Shown: positions 18,522 through 29,010, counted from the stretch's first letter. The stretch: DNA of 64,000 nucleotides from Caenispirillum bisanense (GCA_945877815.1 CAMDWJ010000009.1:8130-72129); one strand, 5' to 3'. Program-made: numbers and translations. Notes: generated by a model not told the origin, from the letters alone.

Positions 18522-19241
18522 ATGGCCGAACAAAGCGAACAAGGACAAGAACCGTCGATGGAGGACATCCTCGCGTCGATTCGACGTATTTTGTCCGAAG
18601 ACGACCAGGCCGAAGCGGCTCCTGCACCTGCTGCCGCAGCGCCGCCGCCGAAACCCGCGGCACCTCCGCCTGCTGCCAAAGCAGCCGCCCCACCTCCGCC
18701 GCCGGAACCCGAGCCCGAGCCGGAACAAGAGGAAGAGGAGCAAATCGATCTTGCGGAGGTTATGCGCAACATGCGCACGCGTCCGGAACCTGAGCCCGAA
18801 CCGGAACCGGAGATCGAATTCGAGGATATCGAACCGGAGCCGGAAATAGAGCCGGAACCGGAGCCGGAGTATGAGCCAGAGCCATTCATCCCCCCGCCGC
18901 CGCCGCGCCGTGAGCCGCGCACCTTTGCGGAGGATATTCTGGAGTTGACCCAACAGATGATCGCTCAACCCGTTCGCGACGTGGGTGCGGGATCGCCGAT
19001 TTTGTCGCCCCCCGCGCAACAACATTCCACCGACGCTTTGCAGGAACTGGCGCGCGCGCTGTTGAACAAGCGCGATATCGCGATTGGCAACCGCGATATG
19101 ACCCTCGAAGGGTTGATCCGCGAAATTCTACGCCCCTTGCTTCGCGAATGGCTCGATCAGAACCTGCCGTATCTGATTGAACGTTTGGTCAAAAAGGAAA
19201 TCGACCACATGGTCAATCGGGCGGAGCGGCTCGACCTTTAA
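18522..19241 (+). CDS. popZ: polar organizing protein PopZ (DUF2497)
   Basis: EPSMEDILASIRRIL N-terminal helix, Pro/Glu-rich disordered middle, TLEGLIREILRPLLREWLDQNLP C-terminus. Confidence 0.93.
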   Translation: MAEQSEQGQEPSMEDILASIRRILSEDDQAEAAPAPAAAAPPPKPAAPPPAAKAAAPPPPPEPEPEPEQEEEEQIDLAEVMRNMRTRPEPEPEPEPEIEFEDIEPEPEIEPEPEPEYEPEPFIPPPPPRREPRTFAEDILELTQQMIAQPVRDVGAGSPILSPPAQQHSTDALQELARALLNKRDIAIGNRDMTLEGLIREILRPLLREWLDQNLPYLIERLVKKEIDHMVNRAERLDL

Positions 19242-19264
19242 ACAAATTCATACGCCTGATAAGG

Positions 19265-19294
19265 TGCGCGCCGCACGAGGCGCGCATTTTTTTT
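19265..19294 (+). terminator. intrinsic terminator between popZ and valS
   Basis: TGCGCGCC-N6-GGCGCGCA followed by T8. Confidence 0.75.
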
Positions 19295-19302
19295 GAGTCA
19301 TT

Positions 19303-21945
19303 ATGCTGGAAAAAACCTTCAATCCGCAGGACGTCGAGGCCAAGCACTATGCCGAGTGGGAGCTTAGCGGCGCCTTCGCGGCCGATCCGCTGTCCAACGC
19401 GGCGCCCTATACCATCGTCATTCCGCCACCGAACGTCACCGGCAGCCTGCATATGGGCCATGCGCTCAACAACACGCTACAGGACATCTTGATCCGCTAC
19501 CGCCGCATGCAGGGCCGCGACGCCCTCTGGCAGCCGGGGACCGACCATGCGGGTATAGCGACGCAGATGGTGGTCGAGCGTCAGCTCGAAGCTCAGGGCA
19601 AGACGCGCCACGATCTCGGCCGTGAAAAATTCATCGATACCGTGTGGAAATGGAAGGCCGAGTCCGGCGGCACTATCGTCAATCAGCTCCGCCGCCTGGG
19701 GGCTTCGTGCGATTGGTCGCGCGAACGCTTCACCATGGACGAGGGGTTGTCCGCGGCGGTGCGCAAGGTTTTCGTCCAGCTTCATAAGGAAGGCTTGATC
19801 TATCGCGACAAGCGCTTGGTCAATTGGGACCCGAAGCTGCACACCGCGATTTCGGACCTCGAGGTCGAGCAACGCGAGACTGTGGGCAAGCTTTGGTATT
19901 TCCGCTATCCCGTCGAAGGCCAGGACGAGCGTTTCATCACGGTGGCGACGACGCGCCCCGAAACGATGTTGGGCGACACCGGCGTCGCGGTTCATCCGAC
20001 GGACGAACGCTATACCGATCTTGTCGGCAAGTTCGTCATCCTGCCGATCGTCGGGCGGCGCATCCCGATCGTGGCCGATGAATATTCCGACCCGGAAAAG
20101 GGTTCGGGCGCAGTCAAGATCACGCCGGCGCACGATTTCAACGATTTCGAGGTCGGCCGGCGCCAGAATCTGGACCGGATCAACATCTTCGATCGCGACG
20201 CCAAGCTGAACGAGAATGTGCCGGAGGCTTATCGCAATCTTGACCGCTTCGTTGCGCGCGAGAAGGTGATCGCCGAGATGGGGGCGTTGGGTCTGCTCGA
20301 GAAGATCGACGACAACGCGATGACGATCCCCTACGGCGACCGCTCCGGCGTGGTGATCGAGCCGTGGCTGACCGACCAATGGTTCGTCGATGCGGCCAAG
20401 CTCGCGATTCCCGCGATCAAGGCGGTCGAGGCGGGGCGCACTCAGTTCGTTCCCAAGCATTGGGAGAACACCTATTTCGAATGGATGCGCAACATTCAGC
20501 CATGGTGCGTCTCGCGCCAGATCTGGTGGGGACATCAGGTGCCCGCTTGGTACGGTCCCGACGGGCATATTTTCGTCGAAATGACCGAGGACGAAGCTTA
20601 CGCGGCCGCGCAATTGCACTACGGCAAACGCACCGATCTGAAGCGTGACGACGACGTGCTCGATACTTGGTTCTCGTCGGCGCTGTGGCCGTTCTCGACA
20701 CTCGGCTGGCCGGAACAGACGCCGGAACTGGCCAAATATTATCCGACCGACGTGCTCGTCACCGGCTTTGACATCATTTTCTTCTGGGTTGCGCGCATGA
20801 TGATGATGGGGTTGCACTTCATGGACGAAGTGCCGTTCCACACGGTCTATATCCATGCCCTCGTGCGCGACGAAAAGGGGCAGAAGATGTCGAAATCCAA
20901 GGGGAACATCATCGATCCCCTGGCACTCATCGACAAGTTCGGCACCGACGCATTGCGCATGACCTTGGCCGCCCATGCTGCGCAGGGGCGGGATATCAAG
21001 TTGTCCGAAAACCGCGTCGAAGGTTATCGCAACTTCGCGACCAAGCTTTGGAACGCGGCGCGCTTCTGCGAGATGAACGGTTGCGTGCTCGATCCCGAAT
21101 TCGATCCGAAGCGAGTTACCCATACGCTGAACAAATGGATTGTCGGCAAGGTCGCCGATGCTGCCAAGGCCGTCGCCGTAGGCATCGAGGAATATAAATT
21201 CAACGAGGCGGCGATTTCGATCTATCAGTTCACCTGGGGCACCTTTTGCGATTGGTATATCGAATTCGCTAAACCGATTTTCCAGGGCAACGATGCGGCC
21301 GCGGTCGAAACGCGCGCGACGGCCGCCTGGGTGCTCGATCAATTGATGCTACTGCTGCATCCCTTCATGCCGTTCATCACGGAGGAGTTGTGGCAAACGA
21401 CGTCGCCCAGGACGCAAAGCCTGATCTCGGCAGATTGGCCCGATTATACCGGTCTCGGCGATGTCGCGTCCGAAGCCGAGATGGATTGGGTCGTGAACCT
21501 GATCTCTCAGGTCCGATCGGTGCGCGCCGAAATGAACGTGCCGCCGGGGGCGCAGGTGCCCTTGTTCTTCCGCAATGCTGATGCCGAGGTTCTGTCGCGC
21601 GCGGGACGCCACGATTCGCTCATCAAGCGCTTGGCGCGGGTGACCGAATTGAGGCCGCTCGAAGGTGCGGTGCCGAAAGGCTCGGTGCAGGATGTGCTGG
21701 GCACAACGACTTTGGTCCTGCCCATCGGTGAGGTGATCGATGTGGCGCAGGAACGTGCGCGCCTGCAAAAGGAAATCGGCAAGCTCGAGTCCGAGATCGG
21801 TAAGATCGACGCCAAGCTTGGCAACCAAGCCTTCGTCGCCAAGGCGCCGCCCGAGGTGGTGGAAGAGCAAAACCAGAGGCGCGAAAACGCGGCTTCTTCG
21901 ATCGCGAAGATCAACGAAGCGCTCGCGCGTCTCGGCTCAGCGTAG
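19303..21945 (+). CDS. valS: valine--tRNA ligase
   Basis: PPPNVTGSLHMGH, KMSKS, VLDTWFSS, C-terminal coiled coil. Confidence 0.98.
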   Translation: MLEKTFNPQDVEAKHYAEWELSGAFAADPLSNAAPYTIVIPPPNVTGSLHMGHALNNTLQDILIRYRRMQGRDALWQPGTDHAGIATQMVVERQLEAQGKTRHDLGREKFIDTVWKWKAESGGTIVNQLRRLGASCDWSRERFTMDEGLSAAVRKVFVQLHKEGLIYRDKRLVNWDPKLHTAISDLEVEQRETVGKLWYFRYPVEGQDERFITVATTRPETMLGDTGVAVHPTDERYTDLVGKFVILPIVGRRIPIVADEYSDPEKGSGAVKITPAHDFNDFEVGRRQNLDRINIFDRDAKLNENVPEAYRNLDRFVAREKVIAEMGALGLLEKIDDNAMTIPYGDRSGVVIEPWLTDQWFVDAAKLAIPAIKAVEAGRTQFVPKHWENTYFEWMRNIQPWCVSRQIWWGHQVPAWYGPDGHIFVEMTEDEAYAAAQLHYGKRTDLKRDDDVLDTWFSSALWPFSTLGWPEQTPELAKYYPTDVLVTGFDIIFFWVARMMMMGLHFMDEVPFHTVYIHALVRDEKGQKMSKSKGNIIDPLALIDKFGTDALRMTLAAHAAQGRDIKLSENRVEGYRNFATKLWNAARFCEMNGCVLDPEFDPKRVTHTLNKWIVGKVADAAKAVAVGIEEYKFNEAAISIYQFTWGTFCDWYIEFAKPIFQGNDAAAVETRATAAWVLDQLMLLLHPFMPFITEELWQTTSPRTQSLISADWPDYTGLGDVASEAEMDWVVNLISQVRSVRAEMNVPPGAQVPLFFRNADAEVLSRAGRHDSLIKRLARVTELRPLEGAVPKGSVQDVLGTTTLVLPIGEVIDVAQERARLQKEIGKLESEIGKIDAKLGNQAFVAKAPPEVVEEQNQRRENAASSIAKINEALARLGSA

Positions 21946-22152
21946 AATAAATCTAGACCTCGGCGATTCGATTCTTGTCTGATGCAATAGGTACGGTTAC
22001 CTAGTTTCAATTTTTAGTTGTTGGCGTTTAAGAATCGCCTTATCGCTGCCTCATGTTCGCGGGACCTGGGATCTTGCCGATCATTTAATTGCGCATTGGA
22101 ACGCAAACGGTGGATTCACGCCTCGCTCAATCGGGCGGACGTGAGGTGAAAA

Positions 22153-23637
22153 ATGTACTTTTCGAAAACGCTATTGCACAGCGTAGTTACGGCGTTTGCG
22201 ATGTCCATTGCGGGGGCTGCGACGGCAGGCGACGGGCCTGGAATTCCTTTTGAATTGGGGCAGGTCAACCTGCGCGCGACGCTGGATGCGGCTGCTGGTG
22301 CATATAGCCTCAAGAACGCGCAGTTCGGCAATGGCAGCAACAGTCGGACCGGTACGCGCGCCGGCGGACGCAATTGGTATGAAGGTGCTGTTACACCGGG
22401 CCTTCAATTTGATGTCGGCGACGACGATCTCGGTCAGATATACGGACGCATTTCGGCCGTCGGTGCGATGACTCGTGGGGCCGGCGAAGCCCAGGCGACC
22501 TCGACGACATCGGATCACCCCGAACATTTTGGCATCGAAGACGCCTATATCGGTGTCCGGTTTGGGCCGTCGCTCGGATTGGCCGAAAGCGCGATCGACT
22601 TGTCGGTCGGCAACCAACCTTTTGTCGTGGGCGACGGGTTTCTGATCGCCAATGGAACCGCAGACGGCGGCGGGCGCGCAGCATATTTATTGGGCCCTCG
22701 CGCCGCGTTTGAACGAACTGCTATCGCCCGAATCAATACTGCGCCAGTCCGCGCTGATGTGTTTCATCTTCAAGGAAATGTGGATCAGGTCCTGATGTAT
22801 GGTAACGACGGTCCGGACACGCGTCTGATCGGGGCGAACCTGGAATGGTTCGGCTCCAAGACCGAGGATAAGGGGCGGCTCGATTATGCGGAACGCAAAT
22901 GGTACCTCGGCCTCACTGCGCTTAGGGTCTACGAAGCTGATCGACTTTTCTCATTCTCCGGTTCGAAAGGCGGCGGCGACGCTGCTGCCAATCGCGACGG
23001 GCTGAATGTATTGAGTGCGCGCGCGGGGGGAAGCTTTATTCCCGATCTCGACGCATTTGGAATTTATGGCGAATACGCCATCGAACGCAACGGGCGGGGA
23101 AGCGGGAACGGCGGCAGCGTCGATGCCGAAGCTTGGTACCTCCAGCCGCAATATGCCTTCGGCGATCTGCCGTGGGCGCCGGTCCTGACAGGGCGATATG
23201 CTCACTTCAGCGGCGACAAGAATACCGGCGACACCACGGATAAATCATGGGATCCACTGTATTCCGATGCCGGGCCGCGTGGCTCCACGACCTGGACCCA
23301 GGGCCTGATCTACTCGCAATATGTCGGTGCGAACAGCAATCTGAACAGCTACCACGTCGGTCTGCAGGCCCAGCCGATTGAAGGTACTTTGTCGCTTGGA
23401 CTGGCCTATTATCGGCATAAATACGATGAACCCAGCCAAGCGGGTGCGCGTTCGGACGAACTGATGGACGAAGTCGACCTTTCCGCCACTTGGACGACGC
23501 CTATTCCGGGCTTGAGCGTGTCGCCCGGTATTGCGGCAGGGATGTCCGGCGCAGGGCAACGTCAGGCGCTGGGACTATCCGATCAGGCAGACCGGACCAT
23601 GTGGCTCGGCCAAATCGTCGTCAACTACAAGCTTTGA
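22153..23637 (+). CDS. outer-membrane beta-barrel, alginate-export (AlgE)-like family
   Basis: signal peptide, amphipathic beta strands, YAHFSGD and WDPLY motifs, C-terminal VNYKL. Confidence 0.6.
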   Translation: MYFSKTLLHSVVTAFAMSIAGAATAGDGPGIPFELGQVNLRATLDAAAGAYSLKNAQFGNGSNSRTGTRAGGRNWYEGAVTPGLQFDVGDDDLGQIYGRISAVGAMTRGAGEAQATSTTSDHPEHFGIEDAYIGVRFGPSLGLAESAIDLSVGNQPFVVGDGFLIANGTADGGGRAAYLLGPRAAFERTAIARINTAPVRADVFHLQGNVDQVLMYGNDGPDTRLIGANLEWFGSKTEDKGRLDYAERKWYLGLTALRVYEADRLFSFSGSKGGGDAAANRDGLNVLSARAGGSFIPDLDAFGIYGEYAIERNGRGSGNGGSVDAEAWYLQPQYAFGDLPWAPVLTGRYAHFSGDKNTGDTTDKSWDPLYSDAGPRGSTTWTQGLIYSQYVGANSNLNSYHVGLQAQPIEGTLSLGLAYYRHKYDEPSQAGARSDELMDEVDLSATWTTPIPGLSVSPGIAAGMSGAGQRQALGLSDQADRTMWLGQIVVNYKL

Positions 23638-23725
23638 TGGCATAATTTTCGTTCGCAACGGGAATAGTCTCGCTTGGCCATTGTTGGCCTAAGGGACAAA
23701 TTTTTCTTTTTCCAGGGAGGACGCG

Positions 23726-24595
23726 ATGGACCAGCGAGTTATCAGCCAAGAAATCTACGATCTCTACGACGAATTCACACATTCGACGATGCAGCGCCGC
23801 GTTTTCATGAGCAGGCTCGCCAAGATCGCCGGCGGAACCACGGCCGCAGCGGTAATCGCGCCGATGCTGACCTGCAATTATGCGCATGCGGCCGTTGCCG
23901 AGACCGATCCGCGCATCGAGGTCCAATGGGTGACCTTCAAGGGCACTTCGGGCGATGTGAAGGGCTATCTCGTGAAGCCCAAGGGCGTTGCCAAGGCTCC
24001 GGCGATCGTCGTGACCCATGAAAATCGGGGCCTCAACCCACACATCATGGATGTGACTCGCCGGCTCGCTACCGACGGGTTCGTCGCTCTGGGCGTGGAT
24101 TACATGTCGCAGATCGGCGGCACCCCGTCGAATGACGACGACGCGGCGAAGGAATTCGCGAAGATGGACGCGCCGAAGTCGGTCGGCGACGGCGTCGCTG
24201 CGGTTGCCTATCTCAAGAACCATGCGAATTCGACCGGTAAGGTCGGAACGGTCGGCTTCTGCTGGGGTGGCGGCATGTCCAACCAGATCGCCGTCAACTC
24301 GCCCGACCTCGCGGCGGGTGTCGTCTATTACGGCATTCAACCGCAGCCGACCGAGGCCGCGAAGATTAAGGCCAAGATGATGATCCACTATGCCGGTAAC
24401 GACGAGCGGATCAATCAGCGCATGGCCGAGTGGGAGAAAGCGCTGAAGGATGCGAAAGTCGACCTACAGCAATTCGTCTATCCCGATAAGCAGCACGGCT
24501 TCAACAACGATACCAGTGCGGCGCGCTACGACGACGCGGCCGCGAAACTGGCCTGGGGCCGCACCATCGAGTTCTTCAAAAAGAACCTGGCATAA
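23726..24595 (+). CDS. dienelactone hydrolase family protein (YghX-like, Tat-type signal)
   Basis: QRRVFM twin-arginine segment, HENRGLNPH, GFCWGG nucleophile, HGFNND. Confidence 0.9.
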   Translation: MDQRVISQEIYDLYDEFTHSTMQRRVFMSRLAKIAGGTTAAAVIAPMLTCNYAHAAVAETDPRIEVQWVTFKGTSGDVKGYLVKPKGVAKAPAIVVTHENRGLNPHIMDVTRRLATDGFVALGVDYMSQIGGTPSNDDDAAKEFAKMDAPKSVGDGVAAVAYLKNHANSTGKVGTVGFCWGGGMSNQIAVNSPDLAAGVVYYGIQPQPTEAAKIKAKMMIHYAGNDERINQRMAEWEKALKDAKVDLQQFVYPDKQHGFNNDTSAARYDDAAAKLAWGRTIEFFKKNLA

Positions 24596-24614
24596 GTTTC
24601 GTATTTTGAGACGG

Positions 24615-24645
24615 AAATGGCCCGGCTGGTCCGGGCCATTTTCTT
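24615..24645. terminator. terminator hairpin between convergent genes
   Basis: AAATGGCCCGG-N5-CCGGGCCATTT followed by TCTT. Confidence 0.75.
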
Positions 24646-25406
24646 TAGTGCGCCAGAATCCGGCTGAGGAACAGCTTGGTGCGCTCGTGCCGAGGAGTCG
24701 CGAAGAATGCCTCCGGCGCGTTTTCCTCGATGATCTCGCCGCCATCCATAAAAATTACGCGGTCCGCGACGGTCTTGGCGAATCCCATTTCATGGGTGAC
24801 GACGATCATCGTCATGCCGCTTTCGGCAAGTTCGACCATGACATCGAGCACCTCTTTTATCATCTCCGGATCGAGGGCCGAAGTCGGCTCGTCGAACAGC
24901 ATGATCTTGGGATTCATCGCCAGTGCCCGAGCAATGGCGACGCGCTGCTGCTGGCCGCCAGAAAGTTGCCCCGGATATTTCTGCGCCTGATCGGGAATTT
25001 TCACGCGCTCCAATAGCCCCATCGCCGTCTGTTCGGCTTCCGCCTTGGGACGTTTGCGTACATGGATCGGGGCGAGGGTCAGATTCTCCAGCACCGTCAG
25101 GTGGGGGAACAGATTGAATTGCTGGAACACCATTCCGACCTCGCGGCGGATCTGTTCGATCAGCTTCAGATCGTTGTTGAGTTCGATTCCGTCGACGACG
25201 ATCTTACCTTGCTGATGGTCTTCGAGCTTGTTGATGCAGCGGATCAGGGTCGACTTGCCGGACCCTGATGGCCCGCAGACCACGATGCGTTCGCTGCGCG
25301 CCACCTCAAGATTGATATGCTTGAGGACGTGGAATTTATCGTACCACTTATGGACGTCGATCATTTGGATGATCGGTTCTGATGTCGTGCCGGATGTGTC
25401 GCTCAC
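24645..25406 (-). CDS. polar amino-acid ABC transporter ATP-binding protein (AapP/GltL-like)
   Basis: GPSGSGKST Walker [10 protein letters not shown] signature, [13 protein letters not shown]; GTG start chosen at 25406. Confidence 0.93.
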   Translation of the reverse strand: MSDTSGTTSEPIIQMIDVHKWYDKFHVLKHINLEVARSERIVVCGPSGSGKSTLIRCINKLEDHQQGKIVVDGIELNNDLKLIEQIRREVGMVFQQFNLFPHLTVLENLTLAPIHVRKRPKAEAEQTAMGLLERVKIPDQAQKYPGQLSGGQQQRVAIARALAMNPKIMLFDEPTSALDPEMIKEVLDVMVELAESGMTMIVVTHEMGFAKTVADRVIFMDGGEIIEENAPEAFFATPRHERTKLFLSRILAH

Positions 25407-25528
25407 TCGGTTCCCCCCAAATGGCGCCAAGGCCAAGCGGTTATGTCGATTGTCCACTACATGCAACATCGGCGCAATGGATCAAAAGGTTGCCGCCGGC
25501 ACCCCATAAACCCGATAATGACGATAGA

Positions 25529-26752
25529 ATGGAGAGGGTGCCGCATCCGGCGGTAGCGAACGACCATGGATTCCGAACCGTTCATCGCGCCGTCGCCGCG
25601 GATATTCTGTCCCGTGCCGAGGCACTCGTGCCAATCTTGGCCGCGCGCTCGGCGGCTGCCGAGGGGGCCCGCCAGGCGCCGGCCGACACGGTCGCCGATC
25701 TTGAGGCCGCCGGGCTTTTAAAACTCTGCCAGCCGGCGCGGTTCGGCGGTTACGAGATGGATTGGGACGTGCTGTGCGAGGTCGCGCGTATCCTGGCGCG
25801 CGGCTGCGCCTCTCAGTCCTGGGTCGGCAGCATCTATAACGATCACGCACAGATGCTCGGCATGTTCGATGCTCAAGCGCAGGACGACGTTTGGGCCAAG
25901 GCGCCCTCGGCGCGCATCTCGGCTGCGTTGGAACCGACGGGCAAGGGGCGCACGGTCGCCGGCGGCACGATCTGGACCGGTCACCATCGCTATGCCAGCG
26001 GCATCGATCACGCGCAGTGGCTGATCTTTGGCGGACAGCTTGCCGTGGCCGACGGATCGCTGCGGCGTTGCCTCTACCTATTGCCCAAAAGCGACGGGAC
26101 CTTGATCGACGATTGGTGCGTGGTCGGGCTGTCGGGCACCGGGAGCAAGAGCTTCAAGGTGGACGAGGTCTTCGTGCCCGACCATCGCATTCTCGATTTC
26201 GTCGCCTCCGACCTGGGGCAGGGCCCGGGATCGTTGCTGGCGGGTGCCGCGCCCATCTATCGGATGCCGCGCCACGATATCGCACCGATCGGTTTCGCCG
26301 CCGTCGCAATCGGTATCGCCGAGGCGTTCCTGCGCGATTATCTCGATTATACCGGCGGGCGGGTCTCGCGTGGTCTTGCCATGGCGGAATTTACCGGCAG
26401 CCAGATCGGCATCGGACAGGCGGCGATCGAGGTCGAGGCGGCCTGGCGACTCTGCATCGGCCTGGTGCGCGAAACGATGCAGAGCCTGCGCGCGGGCGAG
26501 GAGGTCAACCGAGAACAACGGTTGAAGATCAAGGCGGCGACCTCGCATGGCTGCCAGACGGCATTGCATGCGGTGCAGCGGTTGTTCAATGCCGCAGGCG
26601 GCAGCGCGCTTTTCGCCGACAACCCGATGCAGCGCCGGTTCCGCGATATTCATGCGGTCACGGCCCATCGCTCGACCCATTGGGAGTTGAATTCTGCCGG
26701 CTACGGCGCCCATTTGCTGGGCATGGCGGCGCCCGTGGGGACGGCGCGCTAG
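25529..26752 (+). CDS. flavin-dependent monooxygenase oxygenase component (acyl-CoA dehydrogenase fold, HsaA/C2-like)
   Basis: QPARFGGYE, ASGIDHAQW, DDWCVVGLSGTGSKSF, QRRFRDIHA; exact start uncertain. Confidence 0.82.
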   Translation: MERVPHPAVANDHGFRTVHRAVAADILSRAEALVPILAARSAAAEGARQAPADTVADLEAAGLLKLCQPARFGGYEMDWDVLCEVARILARGCASQSWVGSIYNDHAQMLGMFDAQAQDDVWAKAPSARISAALEPTGKGRTVAGGTIWTGHHRYASGIDHAQWLIFGGQLAVADGSLRRCLYLLPKSDGTLIDDWCVVGLSGTGSKSFKVDEVFVPDHRILDFVASDLGQGPGSLLAGAAPIYRMPRHDIAPIGFAAVAIGIAEAFLRDYLDYTGGRVSRGLAMAEFTGSQIGIGQAAIEVEAAWRLCIGLVRETMQSLRAGEEVNREQRLKIKAATSHGCQTALHAVQRLFNAAGGSALFADNPMQRRFRDIHAVTAHRSTHWELNSAGYGAHLLGMAAPVGTAR

Positions 26753-26804
26753 CGCATTTCAGGCTCTTCTTCCCTTTTCCCCAACGCTCCGGCAGAATCG
26801 CGGC

Positions 26805-27344
26805 ATGACCGATACCTCCCCGCTCGAAAAGATGATGGGTAAGAACCCAACGCCTGAGGAGCGTGCCCATGTCATTATCAAGCGTCTCGAGCAATTCATC
26901 CGCGAAGGCAAAAGCGGCGAGCGCGGCGGCATCGCCTTCAAGCGCTGGCAAGAATTGGCGGTGCACGAGGTCTGCAACGCCATTCGCGACGCCGAGAAAC
27001 ATTGGCGGGGCGATCAGCGGTTTTTGACGCGCGGTCTCGCCATCGGTGCCATGTGTCTCGTCACCATCGGCGTCTGGGGCACGGTGTTGGCGGCCCAGGT
27101 CGCGCCCGACCGTCAGACTGCGGCGCTGATCCTGATCGTGGCCGGTGGGCTGATGATCGCCGTGCTGGCCATGTGGGGCATCAAGCGTGCCGACAAATAT
27201 TATCAGGCGACACGCCGTCTCGATCATTTTCGCCGCATCTTCGATTTCGACCGCCAATTGGCACAACTCGACAAGGATCTCGAGAAGCGGCTGAAGGATC
27301 TCGAAGACACGCTCGAAGAAGCGACGAAGATCGGACGGCGTTGA
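26805..27344 (+). CDS. hypothetical membrane protein (2 TM, C-terminal coiled coil)
   Basis: fills the intergenic gap with typical codon usage; two hydrophobic segments. Confidence 0.7.
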   Translation: MTDTSPLEKMMGKNPTPEERAHVIIKRLEQFIREGKSGERGGIAFKRWQELAVHEVCNAIRDAEKHWRGDQRFLTRGLAIGAMCLVTIGVWGTVLAAQVAPDRQTAALILIVAGGLMIAVLAMWGIKRADKYYQATRRLDHFRRIFDFDRQLAQLDKDLEKRLKDLEDTLEEATKIGRR

Positions 27345-27348
27345 CGCG

Positions 27349-28599
27349 TCAGATGTTCAACTCGCTGCGGCGTTTCTGCAAAAATCGCCGCGCGGCCGGA
27401 TCGCTCTCTAATCCTATCGCCATCTCGTGGGCTTCATCGGCGACGACGACGTTCCCACCGCGTGCCAGTAGTTCGGCGCGTGCCGCCCAGTAGGGTTGAT
27501 AAGTTTTCAGCCGCGCATCGCCGGCCACCTCATCGAGAACGGCAAGACCTTGCGCGATCCCGCGATTTTCGGCGACGGCGATCGCGCGGTTGATGGCAAC
27601 GACGGGTGAATCGCTGAGGGCCGCCAAGGCATCGTAAAGGCTTTCGATTGCGGCCCAATCGGCACGGCCTGAACGTCGTCGCACGACGTGCGCGGACTGC
27701 ACGACCGCTTCGATCTGATAGCGGCCGATGGCGCCGAGCGTGCTGGCGAGGAACAGTAAGGACTCGGCTTCGTCGATCATCGCTTCATTCCACTGTGCCG
27801 TATCTTGATCGGCGAGCGGCACATAATCGCCGTCGGGTGTGCGCCGTGCCGCACGGCGTGCCTCAGCGTGCAACATGAGTGCGAGAAGCCCGAGCGCTTC
27901 GGCCTCGCAGGGCAGGAGCGAGACGGCAAGCCGGCCGAGCCAGATACCCTCTTCGGCCAGCGCCCGACCACGGATTTCGGTTCCGGCCGCATCGGACCAG
28001 CCCTCGGCGAAGGCGACGTAGATCGCTTCCAGAACGGAATCGAGACGTTCGCCGAGATCGGCGCGGTCGGGCACCCGAAAGGGGATGCCGGCAAGTTTGA
28101 TCTTGCTCTTCGCGCGCACCAGCCGTTGGCCCATGGTGGCGGGCGAGATCAGGAAGGCCGAGGCGATGGCGGCGGCATCGAAGCCGAGCACGGTTTGCAG
28201 GATAAGCGGTGCGCGCATGGCAGGATCGATCGCCGGATGGGCGCAGGCGAACATCAGGGCCAGACGTTCGTCGGGAATTTCTGTTTCGGTCATCGCTGCG
28301 GCTTCCAATTCGTCCGCCATCAGCTTCAAATGGTCGGCCGCCGCCTGGCCGCTGCGCCTCCGTCGAACCGCATCGATCATCTTGCGGCGCGCGACGGTCA
28401 GCAGCCAGGCTTCCGGGATTTTCGGAATGCCGCTTCTGGGCCAATTGGCCAGCGCGGTCGCGAAGGCCTCGCCCAACGCGTCTTCGGCGGCGGCGACATC
28501 GCGGGTGCGCGCCGCAAGATAAGCGACAAGTTTACCGTAACTCCGACGCGCGACCGCTTCCGCAGCCGCGCGCGCCGAAATGTCGCTGTCTTGCGGCAT
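27349..28599 (-). CDS. ECF42-type sigma factor with long C-terminal TPR-like extension
   Basis: AEDALGEAF, AWLLTVARR, IPDERLALMFACAHP, QRLVRAK, YVPLADQD, SPVVAINRAIA; paired with a DGPF gene. Confidence 0.88.
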   Translation of the reverse strand: MPQDSDISARAAAEAVARRSYGKLVAYLAARTRDVAAAEDALGEAFATALANWPRSGIPKIPEAWLLTVARRKMIDAVRRRRSGQAAADHLKLMADELEAAAMTETEIPDERLALMFACAHPAIDPAMRAPLILQTVLGFDAAAIASAFLISPATMGQRLVRAKSKIKLAGIPFRVPDRADLGERLDSVLEAIYVAFAEGWSDAAGTEIRGRALAEEGIWLGRLAVSLLPCEAEALGLLALMLHAEARRAARRTPDGDYVPLADQDTAQWNEAMIDEAESLLFLASTLGAIGRYQIEAVVQSAHVVRRRSGRADWAAIESLYDALAALSDSPVVAINRAIAVAENRGIAQGLAVLDEVAGDARLKTYQPYWAARAELLARGGNVVVADEAHEMAIGLESDPAARRFLQKRRSELNI

Positions 28600-28605
28600 C
28601 GCGCC

Positions 28606-28959
28606 TCAATTGCCCATCATGACGATGGGACGGACCTCCATGGCACCCATGCTGGCGCCCGGGCATTTGGCGGCCCAGGACAGCGCCGCATCGGCATCCG
28701 CTACGTCGATGATGTGATAGCCGCCGAGCTGTTCCTTGGTTTCGACATAGGGACCGTCGAGCACCTTGGTCTTGCCGCCCTCGATACGCACCGTGGTGGC
28801 GGTGTCGGACGGTTTAAGCTGGTCGCCGGCCTTCATCACCCCGGCCTTGATGAGCGCTTGGGTATAGGCACCGTAGGCCGCGTACATCTGTTCGCCATCC
28901 GCCTTGGTCATGTTCTTCTTGCCGGCTTCATTCCCGTAAATCAGCAGCATATATTGCAT
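28606..28959 (-). CDS. YciI/DGPF family protein
   Basis: MQYMLLIY, DGPYVETKEQLGGY, EVRPI. Confidence 0.92.
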   Translation of the reverse strand: MQYMLLIYGNEAGKKNMTKADGEQMYAAYGAYTQALIKAGVMKAGDQLKPSDTATTVRIEGGKTKVLDGPYVETKEQLGGYHIIDVADADAALSWAAKCPGASMGAMEVRPIVMMGN

Positions 28960-29010
28960 GGTCGTCTCCGTTGAAGGTTGTGGCCGGGCACCTTGCCCCG
29001 CTGAACCAAA

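Noticed and set aside
18700-18900. GAACCG/GAGCCG hexamer repeats
   Set aside because: They encode the known Pro/Glu-rich disordered linker of PopZ; not a separate element.
19477-21342. Long antisense ORFs (621 aa opposite valS; also 54039-55841 opposite uvrA, 59863-61383 opposite hpnJ, 46449-47609 opposite serS)
   Set aside because: Expected shadow ORFs of GC-rich codon usage; no motifs, and they overlap unambiguous genes.
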